DNA of 64,000 nt from an uncultured Lachnospiraceae bacterium (GCA_946630725.1 CAMOZB010000004.1:50398-114397); one strand, 5' to 3'. Shown: positions 20,020-30,045, numbered from the stretch's first letter. Notes: generated by a model not told the origin, from the letters alone. Made by a program: numbers and translations.

Positions 20020-21027
20020 TTAAGCATTTTTGAGAGTTGTCTCTGCAAATCTCCAAGAATCCTTGCACATTCTCTCCAGATCAAACTTAGCTTCCCATCC
20101 AAGCTCTTCCTTCGCCTTAGCAGGATTAGCATAGCACATAGCTATATCTCCTGGTCTCCTTGGCTTAATACTATATGGAATCTCAATATTGTTTGCTTTC
20201 TCAAAAGCTTTAACAATATCAAGAACACTATATCCTATTCCTGTACCCAGATTATAGATATCAACTCCTTCAGTCTTATCTATCCTTCCAAGAGCTGCCA
20301 CATGACCAAGTGCAAGGTCTGTAACATGTATATAATCTCTGACACCGGTTCCGTCAGGTGTATCATAATCGTCGCCGAAGACACCAAGTTCAGGAAGCTT
20401 ACCAAGAGCAACCTGCATGATATAAGGCATCAGATTGTTAGGAATTCCATTTGGAGATTCACCTATAAGACCACTCTCATCAGCTCCAATAGGATTGAAA
20501 TATCTGAGAAGAATAACCTTCCACTCAGGATCCGGAACTGTGAGATCACTCAATATTCTCTCAAGGAACAGCTTAGTAGTACCATAAGGGTTAGTTGTTG
20601 ACAGAGGGAAATCCTCTGTTATCGGACAACTCTCAGGCGAGCCGTAAACTGTTGCAGATGATGAGAAGATGATCTTCTTACATCCGTATTTATCCATCAG
20701 CTTACACAAGTTAATGGTTCCTGTTATATTATTCTCATAATATTTAAGAGGAAGCTTAACTGACTCTCCAACTGCCTTAAGTCCTGCAAAATGTATAACA
20801 GCATCAAAGCTGTTCTCCTTGAAAATAGGCTCCATCTCCTCCGGAATAAGCATATCAGCCTTATAAAACTTAGGATATACACCTGTTATATTTTTTATAT
20901 AATCCAGAGTGATTTCTTTAGAATTATATAAGTTATCAAAAATTACAACCTCGTGTCCGGCTCTTATAAGTTCAACAACAGTATGTGAACCTATATAACC
21001 GGTACCGCCTGAAACCAGTATTTTCAT
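20020..21027 (-). CDS. galE: UDP-glucose 4-epimerase
   Basis: MKILVSGGTGYIGSH is a Rossmann motif, and the length fits GalE. The track ORF starts at 21039, but I prefer ATG 21027 because GGAGGA lies 4 nt upstream and the N-terminus is then canonical. Confidence 0.9.
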   Translation of the reverse strand: MKILVSGGTGYIGSHTVVELIRAGHEVVIFDNLYNSKEITLDYIKNITGVYPKFYKADMLIPEEMEPIFKENSFDAVIHFAGLKAVGESVKLPLKYYENNITGTINLCKLMDKYGCKKIIFSSSATVYGSPESCPITEDFPLSTTNPYGTTKLFLERILSDLTVPDPEWKVILLRYFNPIGADESGLIGESPNGIPNNLMPYIMQVALGKLPELGVFGDDYDTPDGTGVRDYIHVTDLALGHVAALGRIDKTEGVDIYNLGTGIGYSVLDIVKAFEKANNIEIPYSIKPRRPGDIAMCYANPAKAKEELGWEAKFDLERMCKDSWRFAETTLKNA

Positions 21028-21049
21028 ATAGTCCTCCATTTATCTCCAA

Positions 21050-21892
21050 CTAGGTAGTTACTTTATGAGGATTATTTTGAACCTCAAAGCCATCTACCTT
21101 CTGTTCCTGAATAAAATAATATATATTAAGCAGATCTTCCTTTACCAGGTAATAATCTCCGAAATTATAATCACCTTCAGTTTTACAACTTACCTTATAA
21201 TACTTATTTCCGAGTCCAATTTCTATGATCTTCGGCTCTTCATAGGTTATTTCGTCTATAGACATAAGTCCATAGGTGCTGCTTTTAACATATCCGCCCT
21301 GTGTTCCCTGGAATTCAAAATATGTAAGGAACTTATTAAGATGCATAACACCATAGATATCCTTCGAATAAGCTATCGCCTTTTTCATATCATCGGGAAC
21401 GGTTCCGTTTGTTTTATCATTTTCAGGAGAACCCGGTTTTGTCTTGTCAGGATCCCACTTACCGGATTCATCTACATAATACTTGTCATCTACCCACTGA
21501 TTTGTAGCCATGGAACCATCTTCAAGCATATAGTAGTCTCCGATCCATTCCTTACTGGCCATATAGCCATCGCCTTTGAAATAGTACCAGATGCCATCTA
21601 TCTTAAGCCATGTATTTGTCGGGTACCAGCTACCTGACTGGAACCACCAGCCTGTATTATCAGAACACCAGCTGCCTTCCCATCCGGGAATATATACACC
21701 ATTTCTGTCAAGCCAGTATCCATCTATATATTCATTAACTGCATAATTACCACTATCATACTGGAACCACCAGATATTTCTTACATTTTTCCATCGTCCG
21801 GCAGGAGCGGCTGCTTCTGTATCCATACCAATTGAAACAGTCACAAACAAGACGGATAAAAGAACAAATGCTGCTAATACATGTTTCTTCAT
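21050..21892 (-). CDS. Secreted cell-wall-binding repeat (CW_binding_1/choline-binding type) protein
   Basis: The start is trimmed to ATG 21892, with GGAGG 7 nt upstream. This gives a signal peptide, MKKHVLAAFVLLSVLFVTVSIG. The longer track ORF (to 22033) would run through the tRNA-Leu gene. Aromatic repeats are present (WWFQ..GxWY, WYYFKGDGYMA). Confidence 0.7.
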   Translation of the reverse strand: MKKHVLAAFVLLSVLFVTVSIGMDTEAAAPAGRWKNVRNIWWFQYDSGNYAVNEYIDGYWLDRNGVYIPGWEGSWCSDNTGWWFQSGSWYPTNTWLKIDGIWYYFKGDGYMASKEWIGDYYMLEDGSMATNQWVDDKYYVDESGKWDPDKTKPGSPENDKTNGTVPDDMKKAIAYSKDIYGVMHLNKFLTYFEFQGTQGGYVKSSTYGLMSIDEITYEEPKIIEIGLGNKYYKVSCKTEGDYNFGDYYLVKEDLLNIYYFIQEQKVDGFEVQNNPHKVTT

Positions 21893-21948
21893 CACGTACC
21901 TCCTTTGTTGACACATAAACACTCTTATGATAATATCATTTTTGTTCA

Positions 21949-22032
21949 GCCGGCGTGTTGGAATTGGCAGACAAGGCAGACTCAAAATCTGTTGGTGGTA
22001 ACACCGTGCGGGTTCGACCCCCGCCGCCGGCA
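21949..22032 (+). tRNA. tRNA-Leu (anticodon CAA), type II with long variable arm
   Basis: I folded it by hand. The acceptor is GCCGGCG/CGCCGGC and the anticodon stem-loop is GCAGA-CTCAAAA-TCTGT. The variable arm is GGTG-GTAA-CACC and the T-arm is GCGGG-TTCGACC-CCCGC. The discriminator is A and no CCA is encoded. Confidence 0.92.
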
Positions 22033-22049
22033 ATATAGTATAAACATAG

Positions 22050-22071
22050 GTCTCCTAATGGAGGCTTTTTT
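22050..22071 (+). terminator. Intrinsic terminator after tRNA-Leu
   Basis: A GTCTCC-TAAT-GGAGGC hairpin followed by TTTTTT. Confidence 0.6.
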
Positions 22072-22486
22072 ATACTTCAGTATCCTCCAGGCCTTCAGCA
22101 TATTCTTCTATCTGTTCCATTTCGTCATCAGTTACCTGCTTACGATTTATGACCTGCTTAAGCTTATCAGCAGCCTCAGGAATCATCTCGATAACCTTGG
22201 CAAGACTTCCCTTTTCAGCATTTACATTTATTATCTGTGAATAACCATCCTTGATAACAATAATAGCTGATGGTGAGAGCTTTCCACCCATTCCACCGGA
22301 AGTTGCATCACTTCTCTTTCCACCAAATGCACCTGCTCCGACAGAAAAGTTTACATCACAAAGTGGTATTATTGTTGTATCGCCAATGTTTATAGGCTCC
22401 CCGACAACAGATTTTGTAGTGAGAAATGCGTCCATTCCTCTGAATAAAGTAGCTACAGTAGCATTGAATTCATTTCCATTAGCCAT
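22070..22486 (-). CDS. ytfJ: YtfJ/GerW-family sporulation-type protein
   Basis: 138 aa. The pattern VVGEPINIGDTTIIPL..VNFSVGAGAFGG...GGMGGKLSPSAIIVIKDG matches my recollection of B. subtilis YtfJ. Confidence 0.78.
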   Translation of the reverse strand: MANGNEFNATVATLFRGMDAFLTTKSVVGEPINIGDTTIIPLCDVNFSVGAGAFGGKRSDATSGGMGGKLSPSAIIVIKDGYSQIINVNAEKGSLAKVIEMIPEAADKLKQVINRKQVTDDEMEQIEEYAEGLEDTEV

Positions 22487-22507
22487 ATATATTAACCTCC
22501 AAATTAT

Positions 22508-23551
22508 TTATATCTTTTTAGCGAGCTTATATGTTCGCCAGAAATCACGACTTATTAATAATCTCAGCGCAGGACCTACTATTCTAAATATGTAAATCCT
22601 TCCCTTTATATCTACATTTGCTTCGATAACCTTGTGATAAAAATCAGGTTCTATTTCGAGCCATCTACCATATAGTGGATATACTCTCGCCAGCCTACCC
22701 AACATCTCACCGGTACTGGCTGCTGAGCTGAGTCCGAACCTGAGATATCCAGAACTCTTTTTAGGCTTTATCGTACCAAATAATCTCTTTATAATCTTAA
22801 AAGCTCTTTTAAAGGTTTTTTGAACAAAAGGTTTTTCGATAAATTGTTCTACATGTTCAATCTTCGTAGCTATCTTATCGCACTTTAGTACAAGCTCGTC
22901 CGTTTTGTTACTTATTTTTTCAAGCCCGTCATCTATCTTATCTAGTACGGATAAACCTTCCTCGGTTTGTATCTCACTAATTACCTCAGCTTCCGTATCT
23001 AACATATCAGTATCTGTAGCTACCGTATCAATAACTTCCGTTTGAGTAGCTTCCTTTGCAGTAGTTTCAGTATCTTCCGATTCTTGAGCTATGGCATCTT
23101 CAGGAGTATCAACACTTTCAGATGTTTCCTCTGCCTTCTGACCTCCTGCTTCTACGTCAGACGTTTCATTTTCTGATCCTTCGGCACTACTATCCTGAGA
23201 AGGTTCATCAAAGAAACCACTTCCGGAAAAGTCGTCGTCTGGATCAAGGTCCATTACATCAATTCCATCTTCATCATCTTCATTATCTTTTTTATTCTCA
23301 GAATTAAGTAATGTAAAGAATAAAAACTTGACCTTATATTTGAGTCCTTCGCCCTTTACAAAACTAGCAACTGTTTTTACAAATATGTACCTGATTTTCA
23401 AGTCCACATTGGTATTATCCTCATTATGATCAGCCTTTATTCTGTAACATATCGGACAAAATAGAACAAGAAGAAGCAAAAAAACAACAATACCGATTAC
23501 TACCAGAAGTACTATTCCTATTATTTTCAGTATGGCAAGTAATATACTCAT
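22508..23551 (-). CDS. DUF2953 (YtfI-like) membrane-anchored protein with long acidic linker
   Basis: 347 aa. An N-terminal TM helix is followed by a D/E/T-rich low-complexity stretch of about 120 aa. The conserved C-terminus is ...YPLYGRWLEIEPDF.... It is adjacent to ytfJ, as ytfI-ytfJ are in Bacillus. Confidence 0.55.
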   Translation of the reverse strand: MSILLAILKIIGIVLLVVIGIVVFLLLLVLFCPICYRIKADHNEDNTNVDLKIRYIFVKTVASFVKGEGLKYKVKFLFFTLLNSENKKDNEDDEDGIDVMDLDPDDDFSGSGFFDEPSQDSSAEGSENETSDVEAGGQKAEETSESVDTPEDAIAQESEDTETTAKEATQTEVIDTVATDTDMLDTEAEVISEIQTEEGLSVLDKIDDGLEKISNKTDELVLKCDKIATKIEHVEQFIEKPFVQKTFKRAFKIIKRLFGTIKPKKSSGYLRFGLSSAASTGEMLGRLARVYPLYGRWLEIEPDFYHKVIEANVDIKGRIYIFRIVGPALRLLISRDFWRTYKLAKKI

Positions 23552-23886
23552 GTAATTTTCTCACCACCTATCTGAAAGTAGCTGTTTATGTCCGGAGAAT
23601 TGTACTTTTCGTATACATCTTCCAAAATGTCTGATACAACCCTCTTAGCACCATCACGACTTTTGGCTATACCAAACACAGCAAGCTTTCTTTTTTGTTT
23701 TCTGTAAAACGGCTGCAGAAGTTCATTATAGTTATATATCTCCATGATCCCCGCCTCAAACATAGGTTCTGTGACCACATAAAGTCCGGGAACAGGTCTT
23801 CTTGCTGCTACCTTACGAAGCATCTTCTTGAAGCATTTTTCTGTATTAAATTCGCTGTAAACATTGTCAACTACACGAAATTTCAT
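23548..23886 (-). CDS. Hypothetical protein
   Basis: A 112-aa ORF with 4-nt overlap with the DUF2953 gene. It lies inside a tightly packed operon and I recognise no family. Confidence 0.45.
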   Translation of the reverse strand: MKFRVVDNVYSEFNTEKCFKKMLRKVAARRPVPGLYVVTEPMFEAGIMEIYNYNELLQPFYRKQKRKLAVFGIAKSRDGAKRVVSDILEDVYEKYNSPDINSYFQIGGEKIT

Positions 23887-23893
23887 AATACCT

Positions 23894-25294
23894 CTAAATC
23901 ATCATATCGTTTATTATATCTCTGCAGGCTGTAAGCTCTGATTTATCAGAACAGCTAGAAAGTGCATAAGAGAAATAATCAAGTATCTCCTGCTGTGAAT
24001 TAAAGAAGACAGGCATAAGTGACAGAACCTTAGCCATAACACTTCTTTTTTCAAGCTTACCCATATCTGTAAATGCTTTCTTGAAATCCTCTGTGAGTTC
24101 ATCCTTTAATCCAATGATAAAGCCCTCATCAGCTTCTTCATTAATAATTGTAAATTCATTATTATTTATATCCATAAAGAGAGAGGATGAGGTGAGCATA
24201 TCTGCCTTCTCGAGATCATTAAATCTATCTCTGATACTCTCATTTTCAAACATCTCTGAATATGTAGAAGAAAGATCCTCCAGATAAGAATCAGCAAATG
24301 CAAGCTCCTCATATGCTCTTTCCTGGGCACCCTCTAATTCAACAAACAGCTTATCAAAGCTTTCTGATGCAGCATATATATCATCAGCTGAAACAAGCTC
24401 TTCTAATATACGAGCTGCAGCCTTGTACTGCTCAGTATATATATCCTTGTCAGCATACTTATATGTATAGAGAACTATGAGAACATCGTTTATGATCTCA
24501 GTGAGCATCAGATAATCAGTAACATATGCCTGTATAAGACCGGCAGCTTTATCCAGCATAGGTTTCAGGTTGTCATACTGCTCCTTGTTTAAAGCGCTGT
24601 AATCAGTTGATTTAAGCTCGCTATATATCTCGTACACTTCCGGATAAAACTCCTGAAGATTGTCAGGCATACTGAGAAGCGCACCATCTCTGATAGTCTG
24701 AACAAAATCCTGAGCCGATTTCTTCTCTCCACCCTTATATATAAATAAAGAATTAGAGATTATATCAAAGAAACGGTTCTTTGCCATTCTTACGGGAAGC
24801 TGAGCTATAAAATCCTGAATACGCGTATTTATAAGCATTTTATCCTTATCTGAAAATACATATTCATACATACTGTTAGCCAGCTGATCCGTGTCTATAC
24901 TTTCATCTATAGTACCGAGTATCTCAGGTTCTTTTCTGTTAAGTATATATTCATATATCTCGAGAGCATCAGTATAAGCGGTAAGTATCTTCATTCTTTC
25001 GGTAATCTTATCTCTTATTTCAGACACATCATCTATACAGCCTTCTGTATCATTATCTATATAGATACCTCTGATTGCATTATTGATAATATCTATATAT
25101 TCTTCTATCTCTTCTCTTCTCGAGAGATCAATCTCTTCAGACATCTCATATAATGTGAAGAGATTCATAGACATCTTAATAGTTGCATATTCGCTGAAAA
25201 GCGCTGCCAGATGCTTCTGGTATTTTATCAACGCCTCTTCTCTTTTTATATCAGCACTTATATCCGTTATAAGCTTCTTTATTTCCTTATTCAT
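23894..25294 (-). CDS. Hypothetical acidic, predicted all-helical protein
   Basis: A 466-aa ORF. Its start overlaps the upstream gene by 8 nt. I recognise no motifs. Confidence 0.5.
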   Translation of the reverse strand: MNKEIKKLITDISADIKREEALIKYQKHLAALFSEYATIKMSMNLFTLYEMSEEIDLSRREEIEEYIDIINNAIRGIYIDNDTEGCIDDVSEIRDKITERMKILTAYTDALEIYEYILNRKEPEILGTIDESIDTDQLANSMYEYVFSDKDKMLINTRIQDFIAQLPVRMAKNRFFDIISNSLFIYKGGEKKSAQDFVQTIRDGALLSMPDNLQEFYPEVYEIYSELKSTDYSALNKEQYDNLKPMLDKAAGLIQAYVTDYLMLTEIINDVLIVLYTYKYADKDIYTEQYKAAARILEELVSADDIYAASESFDKLFVELEGAQERAYEELAFADSYLEDLSSTYSEMFENESIRDRFNDLEKADMLTSSSLFMDINNNEFTIINEEADEGFIIGLKDELTEDFKKAFTDMGKLEKRSVMAKVLSLMPVFFNSQQEILDYFSYALSSCSDKSELTACRDIINDMMI

Positions 25295-26240
25295 TAGTCA
25301 TTCTCCTGACATGCTCATGAGTATATAAGTGTTCTGAGCAATATTCATAGTTTCCTTCACATTTAGAACAGAATCTGAAATCCATCATAGGACTGTTTAG
25401 ATCAGTTCTGCCGCAAACTGCACACTTATGCACCGGAACACCAGGTGGGTTTCCGGTACCCGGCGGGATGATTCCCGACTTAGGTCTAAACTGTATGGTT
25501 CCGTCTTCATTATAAGTATTCTTCGGACGTTTCTGCATAGCTTTGACGAAATTTGCTTTTCGTCGACGGTCCGCAAGGGACGGTGCTGTTTTCTTTCTGT
25601 TTATAAAGAAATATATAAAATAATTTGTAAGCAGTCCGATTATGATAAGCTTGGTGAAAAACCCTTCAGAAATAAAGAGATATAGCATATAGATAAGGTC
25701 TATATAACCAAGCCATTTCATCTTGAGAGGAAGTACGAAATACAGATAAACTATATTGTCTCCGCCAACAACAGTAAATGCAAGGAATATACTGATCAGA
25801 AAATAATGAGTTATGCCATCACCGGCAAAGACAAAATCAGCTATATCAACCTGCTTACTAAAATGCATGATATAAAATGCACCAAGAAGAACAAGTATAT
25901 CTGTAAGTATAATACTTCCGAAGATATACAGATTAAACATAAATCTTCCCCATATCTGTTCAAGTGATTTAGCTAAAGAATAGTAAAAGAACAACATAAT
26001 AGGAAGCAGAATAAGTGTAAGTCCATCTGGGCTGTATGGTATAGTGAAAATCCAGGTGAAAAGTCTCCAGTACTCATGTTCTACTACTATGTAATAAGGA
26101 CTAAGAACCATCTTAAGCGCTAGCTCCGGAGATGCAAAATAAAATAAATAAGATAAGATCACACATAATGGTATACCTATATAAAGCTTAGGAATACCAT
26201 ATCTATCAAGATCCTTTTTTCTTTTGAAGCCTTTACTCAT
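25287..26240 (-). CDS. Polytopic membrane protein with C-terminal Cys/His zinc-ribbon-like tail (possible rhomboid-like fold)
   Basis: 317 aa with about 6 TM helices. EYWRLFTWIFT resembles the rhomboid WR motif, but I see no clear GxSG/His catalytic pair. The C-terminal tail is CAVCGR...CSKCEGNYEYCSEHLYTHEH. Confidence 0.5.
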   Translation of the reverse strand: MSKGFKRKKDLDRYGIPKLYIGIPLCVILSYLFYFASPELALKMVLSPYYIVVEHEYWRLFTWIFTIPYSPDGLTLILLPIMLFFYYSLAKSLEQIWGRFMFNLYIFGSIILTDILVLLGAFYIMHFSKQVDIADFVFAGDGITHYFLISIFLAFTVVGGDNIVYLYFVLPLKMKWLGYIDLIYMLYLFISEGFFTKLIIIGLLTNYFIYFFINRKKTAPSLADRRRKANFVKAMQKRPKNTYNEDGTIQFRPKSGIIPPGTGNPPGVPVHKCAVCGRTDLNSPMMDFRFCSKCEGNYEYCSEHLYTHEHVRRMTNE

Positions 26241-26445
26241 TAGTTTAACCTCAGATATAACTAAAATTTAAGTTTGTGAGTCTGTTTCAGAACATAAAAC
26301 CACATAGTGCATTATACGACATATAGTGTTAAAACTCAAGTTTTGACCAATATTTATACAAAAATATAGTGATTTATACATTTGAAATAATTTCTTATTT
26401 TATATATAATACTCATTGTATGAAAGATATAAGGATGGAAATAAA

Positions 26446-27156
26446 ATGGCTGAGGAAAATATAACAGAAGAAAAGAAAAAGTTTGACGATGAGGAAGAAA
26501 AAGAACAACATTTAACCTTCCCCCAGAAGCTGCTTAGAATGTTTCAGCGTTTTGGAGATCTCTTCTTCTTAAATGTTTACTTTACAATTACATGTATACC
26601 AATAATAACAATAGGTGCATCTATCACCGCACTTTTTACAGTGACTAATAAAATGGTTCAAAATGAGGAAGGACCCATTCACCAGACATACCTGAGGGCC
26701 TTCAAAGAGAATTTTAAGCAGGCGACCATCATATGGCTGTTAGATCTGCTATATATCGGATCAATGGTACTGGAATATATCTATTGCATGGGACACACGG
26801 ATCAGATATCCAAGGTACTGTTTATAATGGTCGGTTTTCAGTTTTTCCTGTTTGCACTTGCATTTCCGCTTCAATTCCCATTATTATCCAGATATGAGAA
26901 CAGCATAGGAAAAATAATGCTTAACTCGCTTATTATTGCATTTGCAAGACCCAGTATATGGTTCAGAATGTTCTTTATATGGGCACTTCCATTTGCACTA
27001 TATTATGTCAGCATAAAAGCACTTATTTATACATGGTACCTGTGGGGACTCATCTTCACGGCCTTATTCGCATATATTTGTTCTACATTTCTTATTCCTT
27101 TTTATGAGGAGATGGAGAACCCGGCCGAAGATGATGAAGAAGAAATTAGCAATTAA
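26446..27156 (+). CDS. YesL-family (DUF624) membrane protein
   Basis: FFLNVYFTITCIPIITIGASITALFTV is typical of DUF624 proteins found beside sugar ABC systems. The track ORF begins at 26416, but ATG 26446 has an AAGGA RBS 9 nt upstream. Confidence 0.68.
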   Translation: MAEENITEEKKKFDDEEEKEQHLTFPQKLLRMFQRFGDLFFLNVYFTITCIPIITIGASITALFTVTNKMVQNEEGPIHQTYLRAFKENFKQATIIWLLDLLYIGSMVLEYIYCMGHTDQISKVLFIMVGFQFFLFALAFPLQFPLLSRYENSIGKIMLNSLIIAFARPSIWFRMFFIWALPFALYYVSIKALIYTWYLWGLIFTALFAYICSTFLIPFYEEMENPAEDDEEEISN

Positions 27157-27167
27157 GGAGTATTTAG

Positions 27168-28118
27168 ATGGCTGATTTAGAAAACAGAGAGGTTCCTGAG
27201 AAGTATCAACAGCCCGATTCTGAATTTGTCGGAAGAATCGTAAGGAACAGAAAAGAGTTTGTAACCTACAACTCTACTTCACATGTAAGGATCTGGTATA
27301 ACAACCAGTCAGAAGGATATGCGCTTCACTCTCACGAAGCATTTGAAGTATGTATCTGTGTTCAGAACACATATGTTTGTCACGCAAATAATACAAAGCA
27401 TGTTTTAAAAGAAGGGGATATACTTATTATTCCGCCAAATATGCTTCACGAATACATAAATGACAGCTATGGAATCAGATTTATCTATCTGATTGAGATG
27501 AACAATTTCTATCAATCTCAGGATTACAAAACGATAGAACCGCTTTTGTTCCATACTCTTCTCATTAATAATGAAACCTGCCCGGACATATATGATAACG
27601 TATATAAACTCTTCATGGACATGAACTCAGTTTATTTTACAAACACTAACTTCTGGGAGACCACAATCTATATCAAGATGTATCAGGTTTTCGTTGAGAT
27701 AGCAAAGCATGCAGAAAATGCCGTTAAGAAGGAAACACTAAACTCCTCTCAATCTATTAACCGTATCAATGCACTGCTGAAGTATATCGATATCAATTAT
27801 TCAGAGGAAATATCCACTGAATATGCAGCAGATTTTACAGGATTTTCAAAGTATCATTTTTTGAGGCTGTTTAAAATACAAACAGGATATACATTCCATG
27901 ATTATCTGACCCTGAAGAGGATAAATGTAGCTGAGAATCTCCTTATGACGGATATGCCGATAACTGATATAGCATTTCAGAGTGGATTTAACACTCTCCC
28001 ATCCTTCTGCAGAGCTTTTAAAAAATACACAACATATTCTCCGAGCGATTATAAGAAGCTCAGGTTAAAAACTCTTGAGAATTCTCATGGAGAAAGCATT
28101 GAAAAAGACTACCCATAA
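27168..28118 (+). CDS. AraC-family transcriptional regulator (cupin sensor + 2xHTH)
   Basis: 316 aa with an N-terminal cupin-like domain (HSHEAFEV...GDILIIPPNMLHE). The C-terminal AraC HTH region is ...FSKYHFLRLFK...IAFQSGFNTLPSFCRAFKK. Confidence 0.9.
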   Translation: MADLENREVPEKYQQPDSEFVGRIVRNRKEFVTYNSTSHVRIWYNNQSEGYALHSHEAFEVCICVQNTYVCHANNTKHVLKEGDILIIPPNMLHEYINDSYGIRFIYLIEMNNFYQSQDYKTIEPLLFHTLLINNETCPDIYDNVYKLFMDMNSVYFTNTNFWETTIYIKMYQVFVEIAKHAENAVKKETLNSSQSINRINALLKYIDINYSEEISTEYAADFTGFSKYHFLRLFKIQTGYTFHDYLTLKRINVAENLLMTDMPITDIAFQSGFNTLPSFCRAFKKYTTYSPSDYKKLRLKTLENSHGESIEKDYP

Positions 28119-28135
28119 AATGAGTAGTCTTTTTT
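28102..28135. terminator. Bidirectional intrinsic terminator between convergent araC-like and permease genes
   Basis: The sequence is AAAAAGACTAC-(11 nt loop)-GTAGTCTTTTTT. The AraC stop codon lies in the loop. Confidence 0.6.
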
Positions 28136-28159
28136 AAAGTCTTCACCTGATATATATCT

Positions 28160-29047
28160 TTAACTCTTTACACCACCAAGTGCAACACCGGCAATGATGT
28201 ATTTGGAAAGAATCAAATATACAATTATAAGAGGTACAACCGTTAGCGTAAGTCCCATATATATGGAACCATATTCCGTTTTATAGATATCTCCTCGAAG
28301 AAGGGATACCATGATCGGCATTGTATACTTCTTGCTGTCTGTAAGCAGTACCAAAGGTCTGAACAGGTCATTCCAGCTGTTAACGAAGCAGAATATAGCC
28401 TGTGTAGCTATAGCCGGTTTCATAATAGGGAGAACTATCGTATTGAATATACGGAACTCTCCTGCACCGTCTATACGTGCCGCCTGAACAATTTCCATTG
28501 ATAATGTAGGATACAGATACTGCCTCATAAAGAACACTGTTGCCGGAGCCGCTATGGCAGGAAGTATAAGCATAGAGAGTTTATTTGTCATTCCGATCTT
28601 ATAGATCATCTGATAGAAACCTATCATTGTAACCTGTGCCGGAATCATCATAACACCTACGATGAATTTAAAGAATGCACTCTTTAACTTCCACTCATAA
28701 GCAACCAGCGCATAAGCTGTCAGTGATGAGAAGTAAACTGTAAGGAGGGTAACACCTACAGATATAATCATGGAGTTCATAAGACCAACAAGAGGACTAA
28801 ACGATTTACCGGTAAGTATCTCGAAGTTCTTTACCATATGTGATGATGGTATCAGAGATAAAGCATGCTGCTGAATCTCAGGTGTTGATCTGGTTGAGTT
28901 CACTATCATTACCCAAAAAGGTAATATACTGAGGAAACTCAGGAAGATACATACTATATGAATAACTATCTTTCTACCTGTATGTGTCTTCGTTCTTTTC
29001 TTCTTAGGGATGTCAGCATATGACATCTCTTTTACAACTTTTGCCAT
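28160..29047 (-). CDS. Carbohydrate ABC transporter permease (CUT1, MalG-like)
   Basis: 295 aa with six TM helices. The EAA-type loop is AARIDGAGEFRIFNTIVLPIMKPA. Confidence 0.9.
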   Translation of the reverse strand: MAKVVKEMSYADIPKKKRTKTHTGRKIVIHIVCIFLSFLSILPFWVMIVNSTRSTPEIQQHALSLIPSSHMVKNFEILTGKSFSPLVGLMNSMIISVGVTLLTVYFSSLTAYALVAYEWKLKSAFFKFIVGVMMIPAQVTMIGFYQMIYKIGMTNKLSMLILPAIAAPATVFFMRQYLYPTLSMEIVQAARIDGAGEFRIFNTIVLPIMKPAIATQAIFCFVNSWNDLFRPLVLLTDSKKYTMPIMVSLLRGDIYKTEYGSIYMGLTLTVVPLIIVYLILSKYIIAGVALGGVKS

Positions 29048-30045
29048 TATGCCAATCCTCCCTTTCTAGCTAATTTTTTATCTCGTTTTTGTTGCTTTTT
29101 AATCTTCTTACTTATATCTGTACCATATCCATCTGCATCCTTCTCGCGAAGCAGGAAGAATAACAGCGATGAGAATATCATGATTATTACAAACATGATC
29201 ATACTTGCTGCAGCAGCTCTGTTATACAGGTAGCTTCCGCTGAATGCCTGATTGTAGATATAAACACTGGTTGTAAGTGTTGCATTATCAGGTCCACCAA
29301 GTAAGAACAGCTTAGGTATATCAAACATATTCAGACCACCGATAAGTGATGTTACAAGTGTAAACAGAAGGATGGTCTTGATGTTAGGAAGTGTAACTCT
29401 GAAGAAGATCTGTACACGGCTGGCACCATCTACCTCTGCCGCATCAAATATCTCAGGGTTAATTCCGAGAACACCAGATATAAGTATCAACATGGTATAT
29501 CCATACCACATCCAGAACTGTATAAATGCTACTATTCCTTTAGCAACTCCCTTATGCACCAGGAAATTGTGTGCTTTTTCCAAAATTCCGACATTCATGA
29601 GTATATCATTAACCGGACTTGTAGGATAATCAAAGAATGCTTTGAAGAGAATAGCTATTGTAGCTGCCGTAATAATGTTCGGCATATAGATTAATACTTT
29701 GTATATTCCTTGCCCCTTTATCTTCCATCTTCTATCCGTAAACCAGGCAGTCAGCAGTAATGCTAAACATATCTGAGGAATAAAGTTACATATCCAGATA
29801 AAGAACGTGTTCTTAAGTGCAGTTTGGAATGTAGAACTGCTAAGAACCTGCTGAAAATTCTCAAAAGGATTATCCAAAATATGTACTTCTGGAGTGATAA
29901 CGCCCTTCATATTTGTGAAACCAATAAAGGCCGTATATAGAATAGGATATAGTTGAAATATAAGGAAGGCAATTACAAAAGGAAGACTAAATATATAACC
30001 ATACTTGGCATATCTTACCTCGCCGGCTTTTTTCTTCTTTTTCAT
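29047..30045 (-). CDS. Carbohydrate ABC transporter permease (CUT1, MalF-like)
   Basis: 332 aa. The EAA loop is AAEVDGASRVQIFFRVTLPNIK. It has a 1-nt overlap with the second permease gene. Confidence 0.9.
   Translation of the reverse strand: MKKKKKAGEVRYAKYGYIFSLPFVIAFLIFQLYPILYTAFIGFTNMKGVITPEVHILDNPFENFQQVLSSSTFQTALKNTFFIWICNFIPQICLALLLTAWFTDRRWKIKGQGIYKVLIYMPNIITAATIAILFKAFFDYPTSPVNDILMNVGILEKAHNFLVHKGVAKGIVAFIQFWMWYGYTMLILISGVLGINPEIFDAAEVDGASRVQIFFRVTLPNIKTILLFTLVTSLIGGLNMFDIPKLFLLGGPDNATLTTSVYIYNQAFSGSYLYNRAAAASMIMFVIIMIFSSLLFFLLREKDADGYGTDISKKIKKQQKRDKKLARKGGLA

Noticed and set aside
21893-22033. The N-terminal 47-codon extension of the track ORF 21050-22033.
   Set aside because: The extension runs antisense through the tRNA-Leu gene (21949-22032). 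An internal ATG at 21892 has a GGAGG RBS and yields a clean signal peptide.
26241-26415. A possible riboswitch or leader upstream of the yesL/araC genes, and leaders of the thiI, hisH and nadE operons.
   Set aside because: These regions are short or uniformly AT-rich, with no GC-rich helices or conserved riboswitch cores that I can recognise. Most upstream genes are translationally packed, leaving no room for a leader.
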